Shown here: positions 1 through 9,658 of the stretch, one piece after another | Position numbering within the stretch: the first letter of the stretch is position 1 | Layout of the letters: each line of letters starts with the position of its first letter | DNA from: Vicinamibacteria bacterium | GTDB lineage: Bacteria > Acidobacteriota > Vicinamibacteria > Marinacidobacterales > Marinacidobacteraceae | NCBI GenBank assembly: GCA_964291235.2 | Contig: OZ219815.1 | Span: 1,280,353 to 1,344,352, forward strand | Direction: 5' to 3' | DNA length: 64,000 bases | Made by a program: the position numbers and the translations under genes | Notes under the pieces: generated by a model | The model's database searches: none | Told to the model about the DNA's origin: nothing | Seen by the model: only the letters and a program-made list of their open reading frames with translations

Positions 1-8
1 CGAATGCC

Positions 9-860
9 ATGCTCGAGAATCGCGGCGGGACCTTCCGGGATGCCGGACTGCTCACCGGGGTGGCGCTCAGCGCCGACGGAGCGACGCAGGGCAGCATGGG
101 AGTTGCGGCGGCCGACGCCGGAGGAGATGGTTTCCCGGATCTGGCGGTAACGAACTTCGCGCACGACCACTACGCGTTCTATGCGGGAGTTGCCTCCTCG
201 CTCTTCTTGGAGGACGCCGTCGGCGCCGGCATTGCCACTGCGACCTTCCGGCCGCTCGGATGGGGCGCCCTCTTTTTCGATTCGGAGAACGACGGGGACC
301 TGGACATCGCGTTTGCGAACGGCCACCTCTATCCTCAGGTCGAGGACGATTCCGGTCTCGGTGAGACCTACGCCCAACCGGATCAGCTCTTCCGGCGCCG
401 GGGCTCGTCGTACGTGGCCGAAGATCTCGGTCCTCCGTTTCGCTCCTCCCGCGGAATGGCGCTGATCGACGTGGAGGCCGACGGGACCTGGGAGATCGCG
501 GTAGCCAACCAGGACGATCCGCCGACGCTTTGGCGCCGCGCCGACGCCGCGGCCGGATCCTGGATTCGATTCCGGCTGGTGGACCCGGATGCGGAACGCG
601 ATGCGCTGGGCGCGCGCGTCACCGTGATGGGCCTCTCCTCGCGACCGACCCGCTGGGTGCACGCGGGGGACAGCTATGCCTCCGACAGCGAGCGCACGGT
701 CCATTTCGGTCTCGGGCCGGACGACGATGCCGAACCCAAATCAGTGGAGGTCTCGGTGCGCTGGCCTGACGGGGTCACCGAGACGCACGCCGCGCTCGCC
801 GCGGGCCGAACCTGGTTGCTCCGGCGGGGCGCAGTCCCGCTTTCCTTGTCACCGCCGTGA
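9..860 (+). CDS. CRTAC1/ASPIC-UnbV family FG-GAP repeat protein, C-terminal part (probably begins upstream of the window)
   Basis: FG-GAP-like motifs (D..GDGFPDLAVTN, DSENDGDLDIAFANG) and a UnbV-type tail (GARV...GDSYASDSE..VHFGLG...VRWPDG). Confidence 0.85.
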   Translation: MLENRGGTFRDAGLLTGVALSADGATQGSMGVAAADAGGDGFPDLAVTNFAHDHYAFYAGVASSLFLEDAVGAGIATATFRPLGWGALFFDSENDGDLDIAFANGHLYPQVEDDSGLGETYAQPDQLFRRRGSSYVAEDLGPPFRSSRGMALIDVEADGTWEIAVANQDDPPTLWRRADAAAGSWIRFRLVDPDAERDALGARVTVMGLSSRPTRWVHAGDSYASDSERTVHFGLGPDDDAEPKSVEVSVRWPDGVTETHAALAAGRTWLLRRGAVPLSLSPP

Positions 861-2404
861 TCCCGCTGGACCTCGGAAACGTCGCGCGTCTCCTGCTGAC
901 GCTCGGTCTCGCCCTCCTCGCGAACGGAGGCGCTAACGCGCAACCCGCCACCCAGACCGGTTCGGCGACGGATGTCCGTCCCCGGATGGAGCGGGCCGTC
1001 GCCCTGCTTGCCGCGGAGGAAGTGGATCGCGCGATCCCGATCCTCCTTTCCGTCGTGGACGAGGTTCCGCACCACGGTCCGGCCCGGTTCCAGTTGGGAG
1101 CGCTGGCCCTCGAACGCCGCGAGTGGGATGTCGCCGTAGATCACCTCCAGGCCGCGGTGGCGTCTTACGGTCCCGAGGCGCCGGGCGATGCGGTGCCGGT
1201 GCAACGTCCCGGGCTCGCGTGGGCACTCTACGCGGAGGCGCTCGGCGAGACCGGCCGCCTGGCGGAAGCACTGGAGGCAACCGCGAGAGCCCTCCGTTTT
1301 GCTCCGGACTACCTGCCGGCCCTGCTCACCCGGTCCGACTTCGCCCGCCGACTGGCGCGGGACGAGACTCCGGCCGCGTCCGAGGCCCTTCTCGAGCGCG
1401 CCCTGGACGCGGCGCGAACCGCGCTCGGGCTGGCCCCGGATCGTCCGGGGCCGTGGAGGGCGCTCGCGCTCGCGGCGCACGAGGCGGCGGCTCCGGAACT
1501 CGCGCAGTGCGCTGCCGGCCGGGCTGCCGAACTCGCGCCCGACGACCCCCGCGCCGGTTTCCTGGTGGCCTGGACCTCCGCGGAGTCGGATCCGGAAGGG
1601 GCCCTCGCGGCGGCCGAAGCGGCGCTTTCCGCGGGGTTCCGGGACGATCCGTTGTTATGGATGACCCTTGGCCGCCTGCGCGCCTTTCGGTTGGACATGG
1701 AGGCGTCGATCGACGCCTATCGGGAGGCGCTTCGCGTCGATCCGGCCGTCGCCGGGGAGATGGCGAGTGTGGCGCTCGATGCGATCGTCGCGGGCGGGGA
1801 TCCGGAATTGCTGGCGCTCCTTCAGGACCGCGCCGCGCGGCGCCCCGATGCCCTGAACACCCGGTTCGCCCTGGCGAAGGCGCACTTGCGAAGCGGTCGG
1901 GCGGATGTGGCCCGGCGCGCACTGGCCGACCTGGCGGCGGGCAATCCGAACCACGCCGCCATCCTCACCGCCTTCCACGCCGCCCTCCGCCAGACCGGAG
2001 ACGGCGATGCGGACGAGGTGCTCGCCCGGCTACAGGCAGTGAAGGCGGCGGAGGCGGCGGCGTGGGAACGCGCCAACACCGCGGAGACGCAGCGCCGCGA
2101 GGCCCGCGATGCGGTCGCCGCGGGCGATCCGGGCGAGGCCCTTCGGCTCCTGCAGGCCGTCCTGGAGGGCCGGAGTGAGAGCTCCCCGGAGTTCGCCGCC
2201 GACCTCGCCGAACTGGGCGGTGTGTTGGAAGTCCTCGGCCGCCACGACGAGGCGCTCTCGTTCCTTCGTCGCTCGCTCGGTATGCGGCCATTCGATCCCG
2301 GAACACTGTCTGTGGCCGCACGGGTGGCGCGCGCCGTCGGGGAAAGCGAAACGGCTGATCGGTACGCGGCCCGGGCTCTTCTCGTCGCCCCGGATTGCCG
2401 GTGA
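857..2404 (+). CDS. Secreted tetratricopeptide repeat protein
   Basis: N-terminal signal-like segment, repeated Ala/Leu-rich TPR-like helices, 4-bp overlap with the upstream gene. Confidence 0.75.
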   Translation: MIPLDLGNVARLLLTLGLALLANGGANAQPATQTGSATDVRPRMERAVALLAAEEVDRAIPILLSVVDEVPHHGPARFQLGALALERREWDVAVDHLQAAVASYGPEAPGDAVPVQRPGLAWALYAEALGETGRLAEALEATARALRFAPDYLPALLTRSDFARRLARDETPAASEALLERALDAARTALGLAPDRPGPWRALALAAHEAAAPELAQCAAGRAAELAPDDPRAGFLVAWTSAESDPEGALAAAEAALSAGFRDDPLLWMTLGRLRAFRLDMEASIDAYREALRVDPAVAGEMASVALDAIVAGGDPELLALLQDRAARRPDALNTRFALAKAHLRSGRADVARRALADLAAGNPNHAAILTAFHAALRQTGDGDADEVLARLQAVKAAEAAAWERANTAETQRREARDAVAAGDPGEALRLLQAVLEGRSESSPEFAADLAELGGVLEVLGRHDEALSFLRRSLGMRPFDPGTLSVAARVARAVGESETADRYAARALLVAPDCR

Positions 2405-2435
2405 CCGCCGGAGGAGGCAGCCCCGCCTTGGCGGT

Positions 2436-2452
2436 GCGGCATCCTGATTGCT
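2436..2452 (+). promoter_or_regulatory. Putative sigma-54 (-24/-12) promoter for the TonB receptor
   Basis: GCGGCATCCTGATTGCT has GG-N10-GC spacing with TTGC at -12, about 150 bp upstream of ATG 2601. Confidence 0.45.
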
Positions 2453-2600
2453 ATCAGTGATGGCCCCCGGGGATGCGTTCTTGTCCCTCGGGGGCCCAAA
2501 TACTGGAAAAACCGGGCGTTTTGAACGAGAATCCCCCCTTCACATCCAGAGAACCGAATCCTGCGCACCGGATTCCCGGAGATTATCCAGGGAGAAGCTC

Positions 2601-5456
2601 ATGATGCATCGTTTCCGCTTTTCGCAGCCGGCAGGCCTGACGCTCGGGATCCTGATCCTGGGGCTCGCGCTTCCGGCCGTTTCCTTTGCCCAGGACAGCG
2701 GCCTGATTCGGGGCACGGTTACCGACGACAGCGGCGCCGTGATCCCTGGCGCAACGGTCACCCTCCTGAGTGAGGCCATCATCGGCGGCACGCGTTCGGG
2801 GGTCTCCAACGAGTCGGGCGTTTTCCGCTTTCCGGCACTGCCCTCCGGCGAGTACAGCGTGGAGGTTTCGCTCAGCGGTTTCGACACGGTGCGCTTCGAG
2901 GGCGTGCGGGTCGGCCAGAACACCACGGCGACGCTTGACGCGACGATGAACCTCTCCGGTGTCCAGGAGGTGGTCCAGGTCGTCGCGGAGGCCCCGCTCC
3001 TCGATGTCAGTTCGAACGCCTCGATCACCACCTTCAACGCCGAGTTGGTGGAAGAACTGCCCACCGAGCGGAACTTCTACGACTACATCCACATCTCCCC
3101 GGGAATCAGCCAGATGAACAGCGGCGGCGGCGGCGATCGCGCCATCGCTTTCGGCTCCAACCAGCAGTCGAATTCCTGGAACATCGACGGGGTCGAGACG
3201 AGCGCCCCGGAAACCGGATCCTCGTGGGGAGACCCGAACGTGGACATGATCGAGGAAGTCGAGATCATCGGGATCGGCGCCCCGGCCGAGTTCGGAAATG
3301 CCACCGGCGGCACTTTCAACATCGTCACCAAGAAGGGCGGCGACACGTTCAGCGGCAGCGGCAACTACTTCTACCAGAGCGACGGCCTCACCTTCCCCGA
3401 GATCTACGCCGATGCCGATACCGGCATCCCGGCCTCAGCGGGAGCCGCCAACGCGTTCGCGTTCGAGCGCGACAACTTCGCCGACGCGACCTTGACCCTC
3501 GGTGGTCCGGTGATTCGGGAACGAATGTGGTTCATGGTGGGTGGGCAGTACTCCCGCGACAGCTCCTGGGAGGCCGGCAACGACCCGGCAGCGGCCACCG
3601 CCGACAACAGTGAGAACGACAAGCTCACCGTGAAGCTCACCACGAAGCTCACGGATCGCCATGAGATCTTCATAAACAGTCACTTCGAGGATTGGGCCTT
3701 CATCGGCGGGAGTTCGCCAAACGTGACTGCCTCCGCGGCCTTCGTCGAGCGGGGCGCGACGGTCACGTTCGCGGGAGGCCTGACGAGCACGCTTTCCGAC
3801 ACGACGATCTTTGAAGCGCGCTACTCGCAGTGGACGGCCAGCGACATCCACGATTCCCCGACGGGCAGTTTCGACATGCCCTTCCTCAACTTTGACGCGG
3901 AGCCGACCACCACCTTCGAGGGCGGGACTGTCTATCCGTGGGACTACCGGACCTGGAGCAACCAGTTCAACGCCAAGATCACCCACTACGCGGACGACTT
4001 CCTCGGCGCGCAGCACGAGTTCCGCTTCGGAGTTCAGATCGCCCGAGGGGTCGCCGAGACCGCGGTCGCGGCCGGCCCCAACAGCGCCTACCAGTACCAG
4101 TCGGGCGGCTACCTGTACCAGGTCATACAGGAGCCCTACCGCTACGGCGGCATCTCGAACGACCGGGGCTTCTTCATCGACGACACCGTCACGATCAGCG
4201 ACCGGCTGACGCTGAACCTCGGTCTGCGCCTCGACCTGAATCGGGGGGACATTCCCGAGTACGAACTCCTCGGAGTGCCCGATTCCGGCCAGGAAACCGA
4301 GTTCACGGCGATCAACGCGGTGTCCGTCTCAGGGAACGCCCCGGGGACTCCGGGAATCGTGAAGTGGAACCTCCTCAGCCCCCGGATCGGCTTCACCTTC
4401 CGTCCGGACGAGGAGGGACGCTCCGCCATCAAGGGTTTCTTCGGCATCCACTACGACCAGAACGTGATCGGCAACTGGGACGCCCCCGCCCCCGGAGTCA
4501 CCCCGTGGCAGCTCTACGCGCTGAACGACGACGGTAGCCTGGGTGATCTTCTGTTCTCGACGACGGTGGACGACCTGGATCAACCGGACAACCTGCTGGC
4601 GCCCCGTTCCTACCACTACACCGCGGCCTACGAGCGCGAGATCGGCAACAACATGTCGGTAGGCGTGCAGTACGTGCATAAGTACACCGAGCGGATGGTG
4701 GGCTGGTCCATCCTGGGAGGGCAGTACGAGACCGTCGAATGGGCGGATCCGTACACCGGCGCCCCGATGAGCCTCTTGAGCCAGACGGTGCAGCCGACCT
4801 TGGTGAAGGGGAATTCTCCCGGGGACTTCCCCGGCGCTCCCGAAAAGTACGAGCAGACCTATGACGGCGTCCTCTTCACCTTCGCCATGCGCGACGCGGG
4901 TCTTTGGAACATCCAGGGTTCCTACACGTACTCGAAGTCGACCGGGCTGATCCCGCGGCCGTGGTCCCAAGCGCAGAACAACCCGTTCTATGGCAGCACC
5001 ACCGGACAGGATCCGAACGCCTACCTGAACCTGAACGACGGGCAGCGGCTTCAGGGCGACCGGCCGCACATGTTCCGGCTGCAGGGCGTCTTGTTCCTTC
5101 CCTGGGATTTCCTGCTCGCGGCGAACGTGAACGTCGAGAGCGGGAAGCCGTTCTCCCGCCAGGTGCGAGCCTCGGGAGTCACCGAGCAGCCGGCGAACAA
5201 CATCATCGTCGAGCTGGCCGGCTCCCGGCCGGGTCTGACGCAGCCGCAGTTGAACAGCGTTGACCTTCGTCTCGGGAGACGTCTTGAACTCGGAGATGTC
5301 ACCCTGAAACTGGACGCCTATCTCTACAACGCGCTGAACAGCACCGCCAGCATCTGGATGCAGGATCTGCGTATCGAGGATCCGGGTGAGGACTTCATCC
5401 CGTCAAGCTGGATCGAACCACGCCGGCTCATGCTGCTCGCCGGATTCGTGTTCTAG
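2601..5456 (+). CDS. TonB-dependent receptor (Oar-like, N-terminal carboxypeptidase-regulatory-like domain)
   Basis: Signal peptide, IRGTVTDDSGAVIPGATV domain, plug motif (APAEFGNATGGTFNIVTKKG), beta-barrel strands, C-terminal Phe. GGAG precedes ATG 2601. Confidence 0.92.
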   Translation: MMHRFRFSQPAGLTLGILILGLALPAVSFAQDSGLIRGTVTDDSGAVIPGATVTLLSEAIIGGTRSGVSNESGVFRFPALPSGEYSVEVSLSGFDTVRFEGVRVGQNTTATLDATMNLSGVQEVVQVVAEAPLLDVSSNASITTFNAELVEELPTERNFYDYIHISPGISQMNSGGGGDRAIAFGSNQQSNSWNIDGVETSAPETGSSWGDPNVDMIEEVEIIGIGAPAEFGNATGGTFNIVTKKGGDTFSGSGNYFYQSDGLTFPEIYADADTGIPASAGAANAFAFERDNFADATLTLGGPVIRERMWFMVGGQYSRDSSWEAGNDPAAATADNSENDKLTVKLTTKLTDRHEIFINSHFEDWAFIGGSSPNVTASAAFVERGATVTFAGGLTSTLSDTTIFEARYSQWTASDIHDSPTGSFDMPFLNFDAEPTTTFEGGTVYPWDYRTWSNQFNAKITHYADDFLGAQHEFRFGVQIARGVAETAVAAGPNSAYQYQSGGYLYQVIQEPYRYGGISNDRGFFIDDTVTISDRLTLNLGLRLDLNRGDIPEYELLGVPDSGQETEFTAINAVSVSGNAPGTPGIVKWNLLSPRIGFTFRPDEEGRSAIKGFFGIHYDQNVIGNWDAPAPGVTPWQLYALNDDGSLGDLLFSTTVDDLDQPDNLLAPRSYHYTAAYEREIGNNMSVGVQYVHKYTERMVGWSILGGQYETVEWADPYTGAPMSLLSQTVQPTLVKGNSPGDFPGAPEKYEQTYDGVLFTFAMRDAGLWNIQGSYTYSKSTGLIPRPWSQAQNNPFYGSTTGQDPNAYLNLNDGQRLQGDRPHMFRLQGVLFLPWDFLLAANVNVESGKPFSRQVRASGVTEQPANNIIVELAGSRPGLTQPQLNSVDLRLGRRLELGDVTLKLDAYLYNALNSTASIWMQDLRIEDPGEDFIPSSWIEPRRLMLLAGFVF

Positions 5457-5476
5457 AGTTCCGATCCCTTCTCATG

Positions 5477-5508
5477 GGGGAACCGCCCTCACCGGGCGGT
5501 TCCCCTTT
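5477..5508 (+). terminator. Intrinsic terminator or stabilising hairpin
   Basis: GGGGAACCGCCC-TCACC-GGGCGGTTCCCC followed by TTT, just after the receptor stop. Confidence 0.7.
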
Positions 5509-5583
5509 CCTGTATCCGGCCGGCGCCGGGCGATCCCGTATGCTCGCCTGCTCGACCAACCCCACCCTCGGAGGTTTCCGGAA

Positions 5584-7092
5584 ATGCTCAAGAAGCTCCT
5601 TGTCCTGACCACTCTGCTGCTCGTCACCGCAGGTGCCGGTGCGCAGGAAAACGGCGCCGAGACCACGGAGAAATCCCGCTGGGAGAGCAGCCATTCCATC
5701 GTGATGGACGGCGAGACCGTCGAGTACGACGCGGTGGTCGCCAGCACCACGCTGACGAATGGCGAGGGCGAGGACGCGGCGAAACTCTTCTACACCGCCT
5801 ACTTCCGCACGAATGGCGCTCCGTCGCGCGAACGGCCCGTGATCTTCGCCTACAACGGCGGACCGGGGTCGGCTTCCTTCTGGCTGCATATGGGCATCAT
5901 GGGACCGCGCCGGGTGGTGACCCCCGAGGTCGGCCCCCAGGGCGCGCCTCCGTACCCGCTCGAGGACAACGCCTACACGCTCCTCGACATGGCCGACATC
6001 GTGATGGTGGATCCCATCGGCACCGGGTTCAGCCACCCCCTCGAGGGCCACGACGGGTCGGAGTACTGGGGGATCGACGAGGATGCCCGTTCCCTCGCCC
6101 AGTTCGTCCGCCGCTTCCTGAGCGAGTACGACCGTTGGAACTCGCCCCGCTACCTGCTCGGGGAGAGTTACGGCACCACCCGTTCCGCGGTGCTGGCCAG
6201 CCACCTCCAGCGGGCCAACATCGACCTGAACGGCATCGTGCTGGTCTCGGTGGTGCTCCAGTTCAACACTATCCAGTTCGCACCGGGCGACGACATCCCC
6301 TACATCGTCAACCTTCCGTCCTACGCGATCACCGCGCGCTATCTGGACCGGCTCCCCGGCGGTTCGCCCGAGAATCTGGAGGCGTTCATGGCCGAGGTGG
6401 AGGCCTGGTCGCTGAACGAATACGCCACCGCCCTCCTCGCGGGCGGCACCCTCGACGCGGACAAACGCGCCCGGGTGATCGACCAGATGCACCGCTACAC
6501 CGGCCTCAGCAAGGATTTCATCGACAAGTCCGACCTCCGGGTGACCGCACCCGCCTTTGAGGCCGAGCTGCTACGCGATGAGGGTCGCATCGTGGGGCGT
6601 CTCGATGCGCGCTTCACGGGTCCCGCCGGGAACGTTCTGGGAGCCAGGCCTTCGCACGATCCCCAGTCCACCGCGATCAGTTCCGCCTACACCTCGGCGT
6701 TCAACAGCTACCTGCGCGGTGAGCTCGCCTACGACGGCGACCGCGAGTACGTGCCGAGCGGCGCCACCCGGAATTGGAACTGGGGCCGGCTCGGTGGCGG
6801 GGGCTTCTTCGTTCGCGGCGGCGGCACGCCCAACGTGACGCCCGACCTCGCCCGCGCCATGAAGCGCAACCCGGACCTCAAGGTCCTCCTCGTCAACGGG
6901 ATCTACGACCTGGCCACGCCGTATTTCGCCGCCGTCTGGTCGGTGGACCACATGGGGCTCCCGCCGGAACTCCGCGCCAACATCGAGCGTGCGGACTTCG
7001 CCGCCGGTCACATGATGTACGTCGAGGAGTCGCTCCTGCCGCAGTGGCGGGAGGACGTCGGCGGGTTCATCGCAAGGACTTCGGGGCAGTAG
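5584..7092 (+). CDS. Secreted S10 family serine carboxypeptidase
   Basis: NGGPGSAS, DPIGTGFS, GESYG nucleophile motif, GHMMY catalytic His. GGAGG RBS and signal peptide. Confidence 0.92.
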   Translation: MLKKLLVLTTLLLVTAGAGAQENGAETTEKSRWESSHSIVMDGETVEYDAVVASTTLTNGEGEDAAKLFYTAYFRTNGAPSRERPVIFAYNGGPGSASFWLHMGIMGPRRVVTPEVGPQGAPPYPLEDNAYTLLDMADIVMVDPIGTGFSHPLEGHDGSEYWGIDEDARSLAQFVRRFLSEYDRWNSPRYLLGESYGTTRSAVLASHLQRANIDLNGIVLVSVVLQFNTIQFAPGDDIPYIVNLPSYAITARYLDRLPGGSPENLEAFMAEVEAWSLNEYATALLAGGTLDADKRARVIDQMHRYTGLSKDFIDKSDLRVTAPAFEAELLRDEGRIVGRLDARFTGPAGNVLGARPSHDPQSTAISSAYTSAFNSYLRGELAYDGDREYVPSGATRNWNWGRLGGGGFFVRGGGTPNVTPDLARAMKRNPDLKVLLVNGIYDLATPYFAAVWSVDHMGLPPELRANIERADFAAGHMMYVEESLLPQWREDVGGFIARTSGQ

Positions 7093-7113
7093 ACGCCCGG
7101 GCCTCCGGCCCGC

Positions 7114-8313
7114 TCAGGCGAAAAGCGCCTTCACCCGTTCCGCGACCAGCGCGTCCTGCCCGGGCCGGAGCATCCACGTGGAGATGCGCAGTTGTCCCTC
7201 TCCCGTCCGGGAGACCGCTACCGGAGGATCTCCGTCGAGCAGCCTGGCGACCGCGGCTTCCGATGTCAGGTTCAGGTCTCCCTCGTTCCAGTTCACGACG
7301 ACGTGGGGGACATGGTTGGCGATTTCCGGAACGTGGATCTCGCAGGAGAGGCCAGGAACGCCGCCAAAGACTCCCAGCAGCAGCTCGGCGCGAGCGTCGA
7401 GTTCACTACGTTCCGCTGCGTGATCGAGGGACAGGTAGCGCTCCACCGCCGCGACCAGGCCGACGATTTCTTCCTTGCCGACCTTCATCCCCCGGCCGAT
7501 GCCGCCGAAGGGACTGATCGCCTTGCGGGCCGCCTGGATCAGGTCGGGGCGCCCGAGCAGGAGTCCCGTGGCCTGCGGGCCCATGAGCCCCTTGCCGCCC
7601 GAAAACGCCACCATGTCGAAGCCCTCTTCGACGTAGGTGTGCAGCCGCTCGGGCGGGGGGACGTCCGCGGCGGCGTCGTTCATCGTCGGCACGCCGTACG
7701 CGCTTGCGACCTCGATCCATTCGGCGCGGCCGATCTGCCCCCGCGGCTCGGCAAAGTTCAGGAAGAACATCATGGCCGTCCGCTCGTTGATCGCCGCCTC
7801 GAGTTCCTCCCGGGTGTCCACCCAGACGATCTTCGCCCCCACCAGCTCCATTTGGGCCTGGTACCCGGTGCGATGGGCGCGTTGCTGGATCACCTCGTGC
7901 TTCATCCCCCAGGTGTCGGGGAGCATCCGCAGTTTCTCGTCGTCGTCGCCGGCGATCGCCGCCGCGGTCCCGCAGGTCATGGCGGAGGCGGCCCCGGCCG
8001 AGATCATGGCCGCGGGCACGCCGATCAGCTGTGCGATGTGTTCACCGGCCCGCTCCTGGAGTTCGGGTAGGGGCACGAAATTGCGTGAAGCCGCCACCAT
8101 GGCGTCGGTGACTTCGGGCGGCATGAGGGAGCCGCCCAGCACCGTCACGGTGCCGATGCCGTTGATCACGGGCTGAACGCCCAGTCGGAGGTACACCTCC
8201 TCCGGGTCCGGAGCCGGACTCGGTGCGGGTGCGGACTCGCAGCCCGCGGCTCCGAGTGCGGCGGCGGAGGCGCCGCCTTGCAGCACGCGCCGCCGGGTCA
8301 TCTTCAGTGGCAT
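7114..8313 (-). CDS. SelA-like PLP enzyme (DgaE / D-glucosaminate-6-phosphate ammonia-lyase-like) with twin-arginine lipoprotein-type signal
   Basis: PVINGIGTVTVLGGS, DAAA, FSGGKGLMGPQ, GRGMKVGKEE. N-terminus TRRRVLQ...AAGC. Confidence 0.85.
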   Translation of the reverse strand: MPLKMTRRRVLQGGASAAALGAAGCESAPAPSPAPDPEEVYLRLGVQPVINGIGTVTVLGGSLMPPEVTDAMVAASRNFVPLPELQERAGEHIAQLIGVPAAMISAGAASAMTCGTAAAIAGDDDEKLRMLPDTWGMKHEVIQQRAHRTGYQAQMELVGAKIVWVDTREELEAAINERTAMMFFLNFAEPRGQIGRAEWIEVASAYGVPTMNDAAADVPPPERLHTYVEEGFDMVAFSGGKGLMGPQATGLLLGRPDLIQAARKAISPFGGIGRGMKVGKEEIVGLVAAVERYLSLDHAAERSELDARAELLLGVFGGVPGLSCEIHVPEIANHVPHVVVNWNEGDLNLTSEAAVARLLDGDPPVAVSRTGEGQLRISTWMLRPGQDALVAERVKALFA

Positions 8314-8328
8314 GGTTGGTCCTCCCGC

Positions 8329-9654
8329 TTACGAGCGCTGCCGGTGCAGGATGCCGTCCCAGCGCGGCTCGCCCTGGGCCCTGTAGTCGAGCGGGAGTTC
8401 GCGCCAGTCCTGGCGGGTCCGACCGTTCAGGTCCCAAGCGAGCCGGCCGTCCTTGAACGTCATCTCGCACACGAGTCGTTCGGTCCCGTCCTGACGCGCG
8501 CCGAAGCTGTCCACGAAACCGAACGTGCCGGATTCCTTCCCGAGGACCGCGATGTCGGCGACCGCACCGACGGAAAGGTGGCCCAGTTCCTCGCGGTCGA
8601 TCTGGCGGGCGGGGTTCCAGGTGGACTGCCGAATCACGTCGTCCAGCGATTCCCCGAGCGCCAGGAACTTGCTCATCGTGGTGACCTGGTCCTGCATCCC
8701 GGCATTCATCGATCCGATGTGCAGGTCAGTCGAGATCGAATCCGGTGGGAAGCCGGCCTCGAGACACCGCGAAGCCACGCTCCACTTGAAGCTGCCCCCG
8801 CCGTGGCCGACATCGAAGACGACGCCCCGCCCGCGGCCGGCGAAGAGGCCGGGATTGGGCGTCCCGTCCTCCAGCAGTTCGCGGCGGTTGCCCGAAAAGC
8901 AGTGGGTGTAGATGTCTCCGGGGCGCAGCTTTTCGCCGAGCAGCGTCTCGAGCGGCCGCTCTGGGTGATCGGCGCCGAAATCCACCATCACCGGAATCCC
9001 GACCGCGTCGCCGGCGCGAACCGCCTCCTCCACGGGATACCAGTCGGGCGCCGCGTAGTGGGCGGTCTTCACACCGACGATGATGTCGGAGTGCTCCCGG
9101 GCGAGGGCCGCGGTCGGGTCGGCCTTCATGTCTTCGAGGTCCTGTTCGATGTCTCCGCCCCGCATCCCGTGGCCGACGATGTTCGCCAGCGCCAGCACGC
9201 GGGTCCGGCTGCGGCTGATGACCGTTTCCCGGAAGGTCTCGAAGTTCCGCCAGCCCGCGCATCCGGCATCGAGAACCGTCGTCACCCCGGAGCGAAATGT
9301 GTGACCGTCCGGGTAGAGGCTGTTGTCCCCGGCATACGACCCCCGCTCGTTCGTGCCCGCGAAGACGTGGACGTGCAGGTCGATCAACCCCGGCGTGACG
9401 TAAAGGCCGTGGCATTCCACGACCTTGAAGGCCCGTCCCGGATCGATGGCCTCCCCGACTGCCGCCACCCTGCCGCCGTGCACCGCGATGTCGCGGACCC
9501 CGCTCAGCCCGTTCCGGGGATCGATCAGATGCCCGCCCTGGAGGAGCAGGTCGTACTCGGGTTCGCTGGCCGATCGGGCGGAGCAGGCCAGCGTGAACGC
9601 GGCTGCGCCGGCCAAGAAATCGCGCCGCGAGAGCCCGTCCTTCCCTCGGGTCAT
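8329..9654 (-). CDS. Amidohydrolase/deacetylase family metallohydrolase (dihydroorotase-like) with Tat signal
   Basis: PGLIDLHVH, GVTTVLDAG, DIYTHCF, DVGHGGGSF, ISTDLH. N-terminus SRRDFL. RBS upstream of ATG 9654. Confidence 0.88.
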   Translation of the reverse strand: MTRGKDGLSRRDFLAGAAAFTLACSARSASEPEYDLLLQGGHLIDPRNGLSGVRDIAVHGGRVAAVGEAIDPGRAFKVVECHGLYVTPGLIDLHVHVFAGTNERGSYAGDNSLYPDGHTFRSGVTTVLDAGCAGWRNFETFRETVISRSRTRVLALANIVGHGMRGGDIEQDLEDMKADPTAALAREHSDIIVGVKTAHYAAPDWYPVEEAVRAGDAVGIPVMVDFGADHPERPLETLLGEKLRPGDIYTHCFSGNRRELLEDGTPNPGLFAGRGRGVVFDVGHGGGSFKWSVASRCLEAGFPPDSISTDLHIGSMNAGMQDQVTTMSKFLALGESLDDVIRQSTWNPARQIDREELGHLSVGAVADIAVLGKESGTFGFVDSFGARQDGTERLVCEMTFKDGRLAWDLNGRTRQDWRELPLDYRAQGEPRWDGILHRQRS

Positions 9655-9658
9655 CCGG

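Noticed and set aside
2404-2600. Cobalamin or TPP riboswitch upstream of the TonB receptor
   Set aside because: No B12-box or TPP core motifs were visible. Only a simple hairpin and a sigma-54-like motif.
7114-8313. Second selA
   Set aside because: It lacks the SelA N-terminal domain and the HTNLGRA and EVGTTN motifs, and matches the DgaE-like branch. True selA is at 33961-35391.
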